Positions 29,342 through 39,771 of a DNA stretch of 45,821 nucleotides are shown here, piece after piece (the stretch's first letter is position 1; each line of letters opens with the position of its first letter). Made by a program: the position numbers and the translations under genes. Source of the DNA: a virus (taxonomy: Duplodnaviria > Heunggongvirae > Uroviricota > Caudoviricetes); the IMG/VR virus record IMGVR_UViG_2695420343_000003. One strand, 5' to 3'. The notes under the pieces were generated by a model. The model searched no databases, was not told the DNA's origin, and worked only from the letters and a program-made list of their open reading frames with translations.

Positions 29342-29714
29342 TTTTCGACGCGACTTCCCGCAGTTTGCTGACCCGGCAAAATATCCCGACGCCCAAATCG
29401 GGTTCCGTCTGAATCTGGCCGATGAACTGCTGAGCGAAAATGTCACCGGCAAAAAGTTGTTTCCGTACTTTGCCGGATTGTTCGTTGCGCACTACATGAC
29501 GCTCTGGGCGGCAGACAGCCGGGCGATGCTGGCTGGTGGTCCGGGCGGTTCAACCAATGGTGTTCAGTCCTCAAAGTCCGTGGATAAGGTAAGCGTCAGT
29601 TATGACACCAGCGCGACGCTGAATCCTGATGCAGGTTTCTGGAATAACACCCGATATGGCGCTGAATTTTATCAGTTGATCACGATGTTCGGTGCAGGCG
29701 GTCGCCAGCTATGA
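29307..29714 (+). CDS. Hypothetical head-tail joining protein (DUF4054-like)
   Basis: ORF in head-tail connector region; start uncertain. Confidence 0.4.
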   Translation: MPKNQSLPAVSDFRRDFPQFADPAKYPDAQIGFRLNLADELLSENVTGKKLFPYFAGLFVAHYMTLWAADSRAMLAGGPGGSTNGVQSSKSVDKVSVSYDTSATLNPDAGFWNNTRYGAEFYQLITMFGAGGRQL

Positions 29715-30265
29715 GTTTCAAAAGCGGTGTAACAACGAGGGTGGATAACGCTAAGGCCATTCTGGATGCGCTCAGGTCGTTAACCAAAAAAGATGTGCTG
29801 GTCGGCATCCCTTCGGAAGACAGCGAACGGGATGAGGTTCCGTTTGGTAATGCGGGCATCGGTTACCTCAACGAATACGGCTCACCAGAGCAGAACATCC
29901 CGCCACGACCTCACCTGGTCCCCGGCGTTAAATCGGCAGAAGAGCAGACGGTGCCGCAGCTCAAAGCCGCGGCGCAGGCTGCACTTGATGGTAATGCTGC
30001 GGGAGCAGAAAGTGCACTCAACCGTGCCGGAACGCTGGCCGTTAATGGCGTCAGGCGTTACATGACCATTACCGGCTTTACGCCGCTTGCTGACAGCACT
30101 GTTGAAGCCCGGGCTCGTCGGGGGCGCAAGGGAGCAACACTGGAACTTGCCCGGCGTGCTGCTGGCGAATCTCCGGGAACCGAACTGGCGAAACCATTAA
30201 TTGATACCGGGCAATATCGCAGAGCGATTACCCATATTGTGAGGGATAAAGATGCCGACTCTTGA
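29711..30265 (+). CDS. Hypothetical head-tail joining protein
   Basis: ATGA-coupled to upstream gene; 184 aa. Confidence 0.4.
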   Translation: MSFKSGVTTRVDNAKAILDALRSLTKKDVLVGIPSEDSERDEVPFGNAGIGYLNEYGSPEQNIPPRPHLVPGVKSAEEQTVPQLKAAAQAALDGNAAGAESALNRAGTLAVNGVRRYMTITGFTPLADSTVEARARRGRKGATLELARRAAGESPGTELAKPLIDTGQYRRAITHIVRDKDADS

Positions 30266-30641
30266 TGTAACAGATGTGCTTTTTGACCCCGATTTTTGCG
30301 ACTTCAATTTGTGGGTAACACGGCGTGTGCAAACGGTGGATGAGGACGGGATCGGTAGCGACAGTGAAGTTAAAAAGCAGTTTGCCGGAGTCGTAACTGT
30401 TGATCGCTCTCTGGAAAACCGCCGTATGCAGGCAGGGCAGGTAATCAGCGGTGCAATTCTGATTGTGACGACTGAGCGACTGACGCAGGGACAGACTGGC
30501 CGTGATGCCGATATCGTGACGTATCAGGGCCGTGATTATCGTGTGACCTTCGTCGACCCGTATACAGCTTATGGTGCCGGATTCGTTCAGGCGCATTGTG
30601 AGTTGCTGCCGTTTGATGGGGGAATTCCGGTTGAGCAATAA
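30252..30641 (+). CDS. Hypothetical head-tail joining protein
   Basis: 129 aa, overlaps neighbours by a few codons. Confidence 0.4.
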   Translation: MPTLDVTDVLFDPDFCDFNLWVTRRVQTVDEDGIGSDSEVKKQFAGVVTVDRSLENRRMQAGQVISGAILIVTTERLTQGQTGRDADIVTYQGRDYRVTFVDPYTAYGAGFVQAHCELLPFDGGIPVEQ

Positions 30642-31179
30642 CACCAGTACAGAGCGCGGATGGCTGATACCAACCAGTGGCGATCCGGATTATGACGAAG
30701 CGCTCGACAGGCTGTTAAGCCAGTGGATGCGTAACGTTTCCGGTCTGTCTGCCGGGATGGTTCGCCCGCGCTGGCAGAAAGAGCAGCCGCCACTGCTACC
30801 GGCTGAAACGAACTGGTGTGCGTTTGGGGTTATCGGATGGTCAGGTGATGACAGTCCGGCATTCACCAGACAGACCGATGATGGCTCTAAGCTCTGGCGG
30901 CATGAAACGATTGAGTGTATGGCTTCGTTTTATGGTCCGGCGGGGATGGTGTATGCGTCCCGGTTTCGTGACGGTATATCTGTACCGCAGAACAATGCAG
31001 CACTGAATGCGCTGGGGCTGTCTCTTGGCGATTACACAGGTCTGACCCCCTTCCCTGAACTTATTAATCAGCAATGGGTCCGCCGCTACGATATGACGGT
31101 GCGCCTGCGCCGGAAGGTTGTGCGCGAGTACGGTATTAAATCGCTGGTGGAAGCACCAGTCATCTTTTTCGGAGATTAA
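30632..31179 (+). CDS. Hypothetical tail completion-like protein
   Basis: Probable TTG start after GGGGGA; ~182 aa; directly precedes sheath gene. Confidence 0.35.
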
Positions 31180-31182
31180 GCT

Positions 31183-32328
31183 ATGGCACAGGGCTTGCCT
31201 GTATCAAACGTTGTTAATGTTGATGTGATCATGTCGCCGCGTGCAGCATCAGGGCGAAATTTTGGTGCATTACTCATTCTCGGCCCGTCCACAATCATTC
31301 CGGTAAGTGAGCGCATTCGCCGTTATTCTGCCGCGGAAGATATTGGAAAAGATTTTGGCGTGGAATCACCAGAATATAAGGCTGCGCAGGTGTTTTTCTC
31401 ACAATCACCGAAACCTCAGGAGGTTTTTGTTGGTCGTTGGGTGAAAACGAAGGGTGACAGCGAACAGGCCACGCCTGAGACGCTGGAGCAGGCTGTGAAT
31501 GCCATGCTCGATTATACTTCATGGTATGGGCTGGGGATTGCAGACGATGAAGATATTCCGGATGCAGACTGGCTGAAAGTGGCTGCGGCGATCGAATCCT
31601 CTTCTGTAAGCCGTATTCTGGCGATTACGACAAGCGATGATAAATGCCTGCAGACTGCATCCAGCGATGATTTGGCATCAAAACTGAAAACCGCCGGATA
31701 TTCACGCAGTTTTATTCAGTATTCATCGGGTAATAAATACGCTGCGTTATCTGCATTTGGCCGGGTATTCACGGTTAATTTCAATGGCAGTAATACCGCG
31801 ATTACGCTCAAGTTTAAGCAGGAGCCGGGTGTCGGGTATGAAACACTGACAGTCAGCCAGGCATCGGCACTTGATGCAAAAAACTGCAATGTATTCGTGT
31901 ACTACCAGAATGATACGGCTATCCTCCAGCAGGGAGTGATGGCTAACGGCGATTTCTTTGATGAACGCCACGGCCTGGACTGGTTACAGAATTATGTGCA
32001 GACCAACCTCTATAACCTGCTTTATACCAGCACCACGAAAGTTCCCCAGACTGAAGCCGGTATTACCCGACTGTTATCAAATGTTGAAAAATCACTGGAT
32101 CAGGCCGTTCAGAATGGACTGATTGCTCCGGGCGTATGGAACGGGGGCGACCTTGGTCAGTTGTCATCAGGTGACACACTGCCCAAAGGTTATTACGTAT
32201 ACGCCCAGCCGCTGGATGAACAGGCACAATCAGAACGTGAAGCCCGTAAGGCTCCGGTGATTCAGGCTGCAATAAAACTTGCAGGCGCGGTTCATTACGC
32301 TGACGTACAGATTAACGTTGTTCGCTAA
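31183..32328 (+). CDS. Tail sheath protein (DUF3383-like)
   Basis: 381 aa, first of sheath-tube-chaperone-tape measure order typical of contractile tails. Confidence 0.6.
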   Translation: MAQGLPVSNVVNVDVIMSPRAASGRNFGALLILGPSTIIPVSERIRRYSAAEDIGKDFGVESPEYKAAQVFFSQSPKPQEVFVGRWVKTKGDSEQATPETLEQAVNAMLDYTSWYGLGIADDEDIPDADWLKVAAAIESSSVSRILAITTSDDKCLQTASSDDLASKLKTAGYSRSFIQYSSGNKYAALSAFGRVFTVNFNGSNTAITLKFKQEPGVGYETLTVSQASALDAKNCNVFVYYQNDTAILQQGVMANGDFFDERHGLDWLQNYVQTNLYNLLYTSTTKVPQTEAGITRLLSNVEKSLDQAVQNGLIAPGVWNGGDLGQLSSGDTLPKGYYVYAQPLDEQAQSEREARKAPVIQAAIKLAGAVHYADVQINVVR

Positions 32329-32338
32329 GGGGAAGTGA

Positions 32339-32779
32339 ATGTCTACCTATTCTTTTATGGATGTCACTGCGACGCTGACCGGCCCGACCGGTTCGATTGA
32401 CCTCGGGTACGGTTCTGCAAGTTCTGAAGAGGGGATTGTGGTTGCGATGGGCGGTCCTAAAAACACCATGACCATCGGTGCTGATGGCGAAGTGATGCAC
32501 AGCCTCCATGCAGATAAAAGCGGGACGATTACCGTTAACCTTCTGAAGACATCACCGACAAATAAAAAATTGTCGCTGGCGTATAACGCACAGAGCCAGT
32601 CTTCTGCCACATGGGGGAATAACGTTATCGTGATCCGCAACAAGGTCAGCGGCGACATCATCACGGCACGCAGTGTTGCGTTCCAGAAACAACCGGATAA
32701 TGCCAACGCTAAAACCGGTAATACGATGCCGTGGGTGTTTGACTGCGGCAAGATTGACCAGGTTCTCGGGGAGTTTTAA
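32339..32779 (+). CDS. Tail tube protein
   Basis: 146 aa directly after sheath gene. Confidence 0.55.
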   Translation: MSTYSFMDVTATLTGPTGSIDLGYGSASSEEGIVVAMGGPKNTMTIGADGEVMHSLHADKSGTITVNLLKTSPTNKKLSLAYNAQSQSSATWGNNVIVIRNKVSGDIITARSVAFQKQPDNANAKTGNTMPWVFDCGKIDQVLGEF

Positions 32780-32782
32780 TAC

Positions 32783-33235
32783 ATGGAATTCGAAATCAAA
32801 GGCGTGAAATATCGCGTGGCAAAACTCAGCGTTTTTGACCAGCTGAAAGTGACCCGCAAACTTCTGCCGGTACTGGCGGGAATGATGTCAGATTTCGGGA
32901 GCATTCGCTCCCGTTTGCCTGCTGACGGCAAAATCGACACCGTGAAATTCGAGCAGTTAAAACCGGTGTTTGAAACCATGCTCCCGCGTATCGCTGAGGA
33001 ACTGTCTTCCCTGACCGAAGATGACACCGATGCGATTATTCATCCCTGTCTTGCGGTGGTATCGCGGCGTCATATGGACGGATGGGTGCCGGTATTTACC
33101 CAGGGCGAACTGATGTTTGATGATATTGACCTGCTGGTCATGCTGCAGCTGGTGGCGCGGGTGGTCGCCGATTCGCTGGGAAATTTTTTGCCTACACCCC
33201 TTACCAGCACGACGCAGAGCCTGCAACAGGGCTGA
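32783..33235 (+). CDS. Tail assembly chaperone (G-like)
   Basis: 150 aa immediately upstream of tape measure; contains slippery T_TTT_TTG at 33184..33190 with open -1 frame to 33432. Confidence 0.6.
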   Translation: MEFEIKGVKYRVAKLSVFDQLKVTRKLLPVLAGMMSDFGSIRSRLPADGKIDTVKFEQLKPVFETMLPRIAEELSSLTEDDTDAIIHPCLAVVSRRHMDGWVPVFTQGELMFDDIDLLVMLQLVARVVADSLGNFLPTPLTSTTQSLQQG

Positions 33236-33432
33236 CGTTTAACAGCCTGCCGGACGGGCTGTCCTACCTTCTCAATCCGGTTGACGCCGGGTTAATTCCT
33301 TATACAGCACTTAAAGATGGCTCTGTCGATTTGTACGACATTGCTCTCTTGAATGACCATCTGGCGGTAAAAGCGGATAACCAGCGGCGCATTGAGAAAT
33401 GGAGAGAGGATAATGAACGCCGAGACTATTAA
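33184..33432 (+). other. Candidate -1 programmed frameshift extension of tail chaperone (GT-like product)
   Basis: Heptamer t ttt ttg in zero frame; -1 frame open from 33184 to TAA at 33430..33432 (…AYTPYQHDAEPATGLTFNSLPDGLSYLLNPVDAGLIPYTALKDGSVDLYDIALLNDHLAVK…). Confidence 0.5.
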
Positions 33433-35401
33433 AGATTTCCTTGTCTCGCTTGGCTTCAGTGTGGATGATGCAGGAGCGAAAAAATTCGGTTCTGTCCTCG
33501 CCGGTACAACTGCAAATGTCATCAAAATGGGGCTGGCCGTCGAAGGAGCGGCGCTGTCCGTGGTGGCCTTCACGGCTAAGATCGCCTCCGGCCTGGATAA
33601 TCTTTACTGGGCGTCACAGCGCACCGGCGCGACAGTCCAGGGAATTCAGTCTATTGGCTATGCGGTTTCGCAGGTTGGCGGCAGCGTGGACGCTGCGCGA
33701 TCTTCTCTGGAAAACCTCTCCCGGTTTATTCGTAATAATCCCGGGGCGGAGGGATTTCTGAATCGTCTGGGGGTACAGACACGGGATGCCAGCGGTAACA
33801 TGCGTGACATGGCCGCTATTTTTACAGGGGTAGGCCAGAAGCTCAGCGACATGCCGTATTACCGTGCTAACCAGTATGCGCAGATGCTGGGCATTGACGA
33901 AAATACCCTGTTGGCTATGCGTCGCGGTGTGGGTGGCTTCTCCGGGCAGTACAGCGCAATGGCGAAAGCTATCGGCTTCAATGCTGACGAGGCGGCCAGA
34001 AGCTCCAACAAATTTATGACCTCCCTGCGTGAGTTTGGCGCGATGGCAGGCATGGCCCGTGACAAAATCGGCTCTAATCTTGCGGGTGGGCTTGCGGGTT
34101 CGCTGGACACACTGCGCCGCCATATCCTGGACAACTTCCCGCGTATCGAGCAGACCCTGACGAAAGCCATAAAAGGCATTCTGGCGCTCGGGGATATTAT
34201 CGGGCGGCTGTTCTTCAGACTGATTGAGGGGACATCAGGCCTCATCACCTGGTGGCAATCGCTGGATAAGCAAACGCGGGAGTTGATCTCGCTGTTTGGC
34301 GCACTGACGATTGCGCTGCGCATTCTGAACAGTACGTTCTGGATGTCGCCGATTGGCCTCATTACCGCGCTGGCGGCGGGGATTGCCCTCCTGTGGGAGG
34401 ACTATCAGACCTGGAAGGAAGGCGGCGACAGCCTGATTGACTGGGGCAAGTGGAAACCGGAGGTTGATGCCGCGCTGAAGATGGTTCGTGACCTTAAAAC
34501 GACCGTTAACGACCTGGTGAAAGCGCTGGCGAAACTGCTCAATATTGACCCCAAATCATGGTCCCTGAAGTGGGATTTCAGCAACTTCATCGACCAGATG
34601 GGCGAATTCAGCAAAATGCTGAACATGATCGCCGACCTGCTCAACGCTATCAAAGATGGCCGCTGGGCTGATGCCGTCAGCATCGGCAAACAGATACTTA
34701 ATCAGGGCAGCGAAAATCCGTCAGCGATGCCGATGGTTACAGACAGCGCTAACAGTACTGCCGACTGGATTAAAGAGCACTGGGGATTTGATCCCCGCAG
34801 TGTGGGCCGGACGGTACGCGGCTGGTTTGGTGATGATGAGCCGGAACAACATGCACAGGCTACGAAACGAGGAGAACGGAATAACAATCCGGGAAACCTT
34901 AATTTTGCTGGTCAGGCAGGGGCTTCTCTTGAACGCCCGGGCGGGCGATTTGCCAGATTTGAAACTGCCTTTGATGGATTACGGGCTCTTGCTCGTCAGT
35001 TAATGCTGTACGCCGGACGGGGAATAAACAGTGTGGAGAAAATTATCTCTACCTGGGCACCTGCGTCTGATAATAACAACACAACTGCGTATATCAGGGC
35101 TGTATCGCAACGACTGGGAGTGGATCCCCGGGCTGCCCTGAATATGAGCGATCCGCAAACCATGTCAGCATTGATGAGCAGCATTATCCAGCATGAGAAT
35201 GGAAGAAATATCTATTCTCGGGAGCTGATTAATAAGGCTGCCGTGGCGGGAATTAGTGGCAAAGTGACAGAGGTTAACCAGCAAAATACCTACCACATTT
35301 ACGGTGGCGGAGATCCGCACGCTGTCGGTAATGAGGTTGCACGTCGGCAACAGTCTGCAAATGCTCAGGTCATGCGAAGTAATCAGGTGAGGGTGGGTTA
35401 G
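33413..35401 (+). CDS. Tail tape measure protein
   Basis: ~662 aa from ATG with GGAGAGAGG RBS; Gly/Ala-rich helical regions; position after chaperone frameshift. Confidence 0.8.
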   Translation: MNAETIKDFLVSLGFSVDDAGAKKFGSVLAGTTANVIKMGLAVEGAALSVVAFTAKIASGLDNLYWASQRTGATVQGIQSIGYAVSQVGGSVDAARSSLENLSRFIRNNPGAEGFLNRLGVQTRDASGNMRDMAAIFTGVGQKLSDMPYYRANQYAQMLGIDENTLLAMRRGVGGFSGQYSAMAKAIGFNADEAARSSNKFMTSLREFGAMAGMARDKIGSNLAGGLAGSLDTLRRHILDNFPRIEQTLTKAIKGILALGDIIGRLFFRLIEGTSGLITWWQSLDKQTRELISLFGALTIALRILNSTFWMSPIGLITALAAGIALLWEDYQTWKEGGDSLIDWGKWKPEVDAALKMVRDLKTTVNDLVKALAKLLNIDPKSWSLKWDFSNFIDQMGEFSKMLNMIADLLNAIKDGRWADAVSIGKQILNQGSENPSAMPMVTDSANSTADWIKEHWGFDPRSVGRTVRGWFGDDEPEQHAQATKRGERNNNPGNLNFAGQAGASLERPGGRFARFETAFDGLRALARQLMLYAGRGINSVEKIISTWAPASDNNNTTAYIRAVSQRLGVDPRAALNMSDPQTMSALMSSIIQHENGRNIYSRELINKAAVAGISGKVTEVNQQNTYHIYGGGDPHAVGNEVARRQQSANAQVMRSNQVRVG

Positions 35402-35988
35402 TGGATATTCTCTCTACACTTTTTCATCAGCAGAGCAGAAAAATAGGAATGATTGTTCCCAGTGTTGTTATTTCAGAGAAGCATACAGATATGCTTGAAA
35501 TAACAGAGCATCCGGTAGAGGTTGGGGCCGCTGTCGCTGATCATGCCTATAAAAAACCGTCAGAAGTGGTGATGGAGGTTGGTTTCGCCGGTGGCGGCGC
35601 ATTGCTGGATTTTGCCAGTAATCTGACGGCTACCAGCCTGCTCGGCCTGAGTCCTCAGCAGACGTATCAGGAGCTACTGGATCTGCAGGAAAGCCGTATC
35701 CCCTTCGATGTGGTAACCGGTAAACGACTGTACAGCAACATGTTGATCCGGGCGCTGGAAGTGACGACGGACAAGACAACCGAAAACGTCCTGTCCGCCG
35801 TCCTCACCCTGAGGGAGGTCCTTATCTCCCGGACACAGCAGATTACCGTCGCGGATAAAACCAACATGAAGGAAGGGGCCAGCACGTCGGCGGTACAGAA
35901 TAGCGGCAACAAAACCACAAAGCCTCCAGATACTTCACTGCTGAAAAGCATCACGGGTAACGTGGCGTCATTACTGGGGGGCGGCTAA
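35401..35988 (+). CDS. Tail protein (hypothetical)
   Basis: GTG start overlapping TMP stop (TAGTG); 195 aa. Confidence 0.45.
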   Translation: MDILSTLFHQQSRKIGMIVPSVVISEKHTDMLEITEHPVEVGAAVADHAYKKPSEVVMEVGFAGGGALLDFASNLTATSLLGLSPQQTYQELLDLQESRIPFDVVTGKRLYSNMLIRALEVTTDKTTENVLSAVLTLREVLISRTQQITVADKTNMKEGASTSAVQNSGNKTTKPPDTSLLKSITGNVASLLGGG

Positions 35989-36290
35989 TGACAATTCAGG
36001 AAATTCCGCTGACAGCGGACAACCAGCAGTTCAGCATCGTCTTAGGTGGTGTTACTTGGCGGATTAGCATCATATGGCGCGATCTGTACTGGATTATGGA
36101 CCTGCAGAACGACAGAGGGGAGCCGGTAATCTCCGGTATTCCTCTCGTCACTGGTGCCGACCTGCTGGCGCAGTACGCCTGTATGGGGCTTGGTTTTAAG
36201 CTGGTGGTGGTCTGTGATGACAACACACAGGATTACCCCACAAAAACTGACCTGGGCGGTCGCAGCCATTTACTGGTATCAACGGAGTAA
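35988..36290 (+). CDS. Tail protein (hypothetical)
   Basis: TAATG-coupled; 100 aa. Confidence 0.45.
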   Translation: MTIQEIPLTADNQQFSIVLGGVTWRISIIWRDLYWIMDLQNDRGEPVISGIPLVTGADLLAQYACMGLGFKLVVVCDDNTQDYPTKTDLGGRSHLLVSTE

Positions 36291-36292
36291 GC

Positions 36293-37357
36293 ATGTCACA
36301 GAACTGGATGAGACATTTCGAGCTGCAGCTTGTGGACGAGAACGGTCAGGGAATTGAGCTAAGTGATTTTAAAGTTACCTTTACGATCGACTGGTTCAAC
36401 ATCAGCAGTGCATCCCGGGTAGGGACTATCAAAATTTATAACCTCTCGGCAGATACTGTGAACCGAATCACCGGACAGGAGTTTTCGAAAGTGCGTCTGA
36501 TTGCGGGTTACGACGGTATCGCGCCGGAGGTGTCGGCAAGCGACGTCGGGACAGTGCGGGAAGTTGACGCGGCGGACGTGGGCCAGAGTGATGGCCGCAA
36601 CTACGGACTGATTTTCAGCGGTGAAATTCGCTACTCGGTCACAGGAAAAGACAGTCCGGTTGATACCTACGTCCTGATTCAGGCAGCAGATACTGATCTG
36701 GCTTTTGCTACCAGTATAACCTCACAGACGCTGGCTGCCGGTTACACGGTCGCTAATGTGAACCGTGCGCTGATGAAAGACTTCGAAGCCAAAGGCGCGA
36801 CCGAAGGCCTGACGCCTGAAATGCCTGCTACTGTATTCCCCCGGGGGCGGGTACTCTTTGGCATGACGCGGCATCTAATGGATAACGTAGCCGGACAATG
36901 TGGCGCAACATGGCAATTCGTGGACGGTCAGCGCCAGATGGTGGCGAATAACGAATATGTTCACGAAGCGATTGTGCTCAACAGCGCTACCGGGCTTATT
37001 GGAATGCCGCAGCAGACTATCGGTAACGGCGTAAACGTCCGCGCGCTTATTAATCCGAACATCCGGGTTAACGGGCTCATTCAGCTGGATCAGGCTTCCG
37101 TCTATCGTACCGCGTTGTCGAACAACGATATTGCGATGGCTGGTGGTCAGATCACCGACCAGAACACGGACGGAAATATCACGCTCAGCGGCACCACATC
37201 GCAGCCTGCCAGCATCGCAACGGATGGCGTTTATATTGTGCGCGGGATTATGTACACTGGCGACACAAGAGGCCAGGCCTGGTACATGGATATGATGTGC
37301 GAAGCGCGCGGTGCGCAGGATATGCCATCCAGCACTGCTTTGCAGAGAGGATTATAG
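36293..37357 (+). CDS. Tail/baseplate hub-like protein
   Basis: 354 aa between TMP-distal genes and baseplate genes. Confidence 0.5.
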   Translation: MSQNWMRHFELQLVDENGQGIELSDFKVTFTIDWFNISSASRVGTIKIYNLSADTVNRITGQEFSKVRLIAGYDGIAPEVSASDVGTVREVDAADVGQSDGRNYGLIFSGEIRYSVTGKDSPVDTYVLIQAADTDLAFATSITSQTLAAGYTVANVNRALMKDFEAKGATEGLTPEMPATVFPRGRVLFGMTRHLMDNVAGQCGATWQFVDGQRQMVANNEYVHEAIVLNSATGLIGMPQQTIGNGVNVRALINPNIRVNGLIQLDQASVYRTALSNNDIAMAGGQITDQNTDGNITLSGTTSQPASIATDGVYIVRGIMYTGDTRGQAWYMDMMCEARGAQDMPSSTALQRGL

Positions 37358-37359
37358 AA

Positions 37360-37710
37360 ATGAAACGATGGATATTTTCATTGCTGGCGTTAGTGTCTGT
37401 TGGTGTAAGTGCAAACACCATAACGATGCAATGCGGTAACTTTCGTATGGATGCGATCCCTGACTCATTATTTAAAATCAATGGCGAAACAGTAACGTCC
37501 CAAAAAGTAAAAATGTTGGGTAAAGACGGTACAGGCATGCAGATCAAAATGGGGCTGATGCCTGCCAAAGATGGCCACAATTATGGGTTCGAGTATATCC
37601 ATCTACCAGGCACCGAAACGCGATTCCTGAGCGTCCAGCTTCTGCAAAACAGCATGGATGCGCCGAAAATCATCGGATCATTCCCTTGTAAAAAAGTGGC
37701 TGGGCGATGA
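37360..37710 (+). CDS. Secreted small protein (signal peptide), moron
   Basis: ATG 2 nt after upstream stop, AGAGAGGA RBS; MKRWIFSLLALVSVGVSA signal peptide; followed by AT-rich intergenic region. Confidence 0.5.
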   Translation: MKRWIFSLLALVSVGVSANTITMQCGNFRMDAIPDSLFKINGETVTSQKVKMLGKDGTGMQIKMGLMPAKDGHNYGFEYIHLPGTETRFLSVQLLQNSMDAPKIIGSFPCKKVAGR

Positions 37711-37875
37711 TTTTTGACGTCCATAATATTATGGATGAACTGTTGCCAATTGCGCTAATTTTAACAAAATAATACTGGTTAACGCATTTTTTGAACCATC
37801 TGTACACAGTAGTTGTCTATACTTTACCTTAAAGGTAAACTCTGCGCTCCACTGATGTTCACTATGGGAGGGGAT

Positions 37876-38115
37876 ATGAGGAAAATCGTTAACCGTTACT
37901 TAGCCGCTGCCGGTAGTGTTATGGACATTATGCCGACTACAGATTACTGGCAATATGCTGCTTCTGGATCTGATTGTCGGGCAATAAGAAGTGATGTTAA
38001 AGTCATTGCAAGTGACATGAACAGAGTTATCAGGTATGAGTTCAAAACCCCGCAAGCAGGCGGCCGTTCTCAAAAAGCATCAGGAAAACAAAGCGTCGCA
38101 AAAAGCCGTTCCTGA
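37876..38115 (+). CDS. Hypothetical small protein (79 aa)
   Basis: ATG preceded by GGGAGGGG; overlaps the next ORF by 80 nt in another frame. Confidence 0.35.
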   Translation: MRKIVNRYLAAAGSVMDIMPTTDYWQYAASGSDCRAIRSDVKVIASDMNRVIRYEFKTPQAGGRSQKASGKQSVAKSRS

Positions 38116-38608
38116 TTCGGATGGTATCGACGAAGCTATTGATTCCTCGGAATATGATGAGTCTCAGGAAGTAGTGGAAAAGCTGTCTGCAGTTGCCAAC
38201 CTTGATCCTGAGCTAAAATCGAAGTTAACACCTGAACTTCTTGAGAGAGTTTCTAAGAACCCGAAGGTTATTGCCATGTTTCAGCAGGAGTCTTTTCAGG
38301 GACCACTCCCACCTCCTGCTATGCTCTTACAATATAATCAAATATTACCCGGCGGCGCTGAGAGAATTTTCAGGCTAACCGAAAAAGAGCAAGAGCATAG
38401 GCATAAGACGCAAAGTGATGCATTACTTGGTGCGGTTTCACGCGACAAACGTGGGCAATGGATGGGATTTTGCATTGCAATGGTAGTGCTTATAATGGCT
38501 GCGTTTTTTGCTAATCGCGGTAACACTTGGTTCGCAGGTACTCTTGCTACTTTAGATCTCGTAGGATTAACTACAGTGTTTGTTTATGGTAGGAAGAAAC
38601 CTAAATAA
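38036..38608 (+). CDS. Predicted membrane protein (DUF2335-like), moron
   Basis: 190 aa; acidic N-terminal half, conserved-looking segment PLPPPAMLLQYNQILPGGAERIFRL, two C-terminal TM helices; followed by terminator. Confidence 0.5.
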   Translation: MSSKPRKQAAVLKKHQENKASQKAVPDSDGIDEAIDSSEYDESQEVVEKLSAVANLDPELKSKLTPELLERVSKNPKVIAMFQQESFQGPLPPPAMLLQYNQILPGGAERIFRLTEKEQEHRHKTQSDALLGAVSRDKRGQWMGFCIAMVVLIMAAFFANRGNTWFAGTLATLDLVGLTTVFVYGRKKPK

Positions 38609-38623
38609 TCCATACATCCTTTC

Positions 38624-38647
38624 AAACCCGCTTCGGCGGGTTTTTTG
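38624..38647 (+). terminator. Rho-independent terminator closing the tail-embedded moron unit
   Basis: cccgcttcggcggg + TTTTTT. Confidence 0.65.
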
Positions 38648-38665
38648 CTTTCTGGAGCCTACTAA

Positions 38666-39418
38666 ATGGCCGTATCTGACCAGACCCGCAGCGGCGACCT
38701 TGCCGAAACATTCAAATCTGAACGGGAAACAACAAAGAACCAGATCCGTGTCGCCTTGCCTGGCATTATTCAGTCATTCGATCCTGATGCGGTGACGGCA
38801 GTTGTGCAGCCTGCTATCCGTTCGGTTGAAAAGGATAATGACGGCAACCGCATTACCCAAAATTACCCATTGCTGGTGGATGTGCCAGTGGTATTCCCGC
38901 GCGGTGGAGGATGCACGCTAACGTTCCCAGTTAAAGCCGGTGATGAATGTTTGATGATTTTTGCCGATCGTTGTATTGATTTCTGGTGGCAGAACGGCGG
39001 GATACAGGAGCCTGTTGATGACAGAATGCATGATTTATCGGATGCGTTTTGTATTGTCGGTCCCCAGTCGCAGGCTAGGAAGATTAGCGGTATTAATACC
39101 AGTGCCACACAGTTGCGTAGTGACGATGGCAGCACCTATTTTGAGCTTAATCCTGATACCGGGAAAATTAAAATTGTCGCTCCGGGTGGTCTTGATGTGG
39201 TTGCCCCTCTGGCTGATTTTTCTGAGAAAGTAACCATTCATGGCCTGTTAACCTGGATGGGAGGCATGGTGGGGTCTGTTGTTTCTGGTGTGGCTTCAAA
39301 AATCACTGGTGCTGTTGAGTTTTTGGGTAGCGTGAAGGCTAACGGCAAGCCAATCGATGATACGCACACTCATGGTGGTGTTCAGCGCGGTGGAAGCAAT
39401 ACCGACGGAGTAAACTGA
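38666..39418 (+). CDS. Baseplate spike / assembly protein (gpV-like)
   Basis: 250 aa at start of baseplate cluster; Gly-rich C-terminus. Confidence 0.5.
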   Translation: MAVSDQTRSGDLAETFKSERETTKNQIRVALPGIIQSFDPDAVTAVVQPAIRSVEKDNDGNRITQNYPLLVDVPVVFPRGGGCTLTFPVKAGDECLMIFADRCIDFWWQNGGIQEPVDDRMHDLSDAFCIVGPQSQARKISGINTSATQLRSDDGSTYFELNPDTGKIKIVAPGGLDVVAPLADFSEKVTIHGLLTWMGGMVGSVVSGVASKITGAVEFLGSVKANGKPIDDTHTHGGVQRGGSNTDGVN

Positions 39419-39771
39419 TGCGATACAGACGTGAAGACGCCGATGGCGATTACACCTTTGGCAGCGGTGATGACACCTGGCTGATTAACTCACCGGAGGC
39501 CGTGGCGCAGGCGGTAAAAACGCGATTCGAATTGTGGTATGGGCAATGGTTTCTCGACACCACCGAGGGGACTCCGTGGATCCAGTCCGTACTCGGTAAG
39601 CAGAAGCCGGAAACCTACAACCTGGCGATCCGTAAGCGCATCCTCGAAACGCGGGGCGTTAAATCAATTCTCTCTTTCAATACGACGGTGGATACCACGA
39701 CCCGACGTGTCATGTTTTCCGCTGAAATCGACACTCTTTATGGAATAACGACTGTTACATCGGAGGCGTAA
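39418..39771 (+). CDS. Baseplate protein (gpW/gp25-like)
   Basis: 117 aa, coupled between spike and J-like genes. Confidence 0.5.
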   Translation: MRYRREDADGDYTFGSGDDTWLINSPEAVAQAVKTRFELWYGQWFLDTTEGTPWIQSVLGKQKPETYNLAIRKRILETRGVKSILSFNTTVDTTTRRVMFSAEIDTLYGITTVTSEA

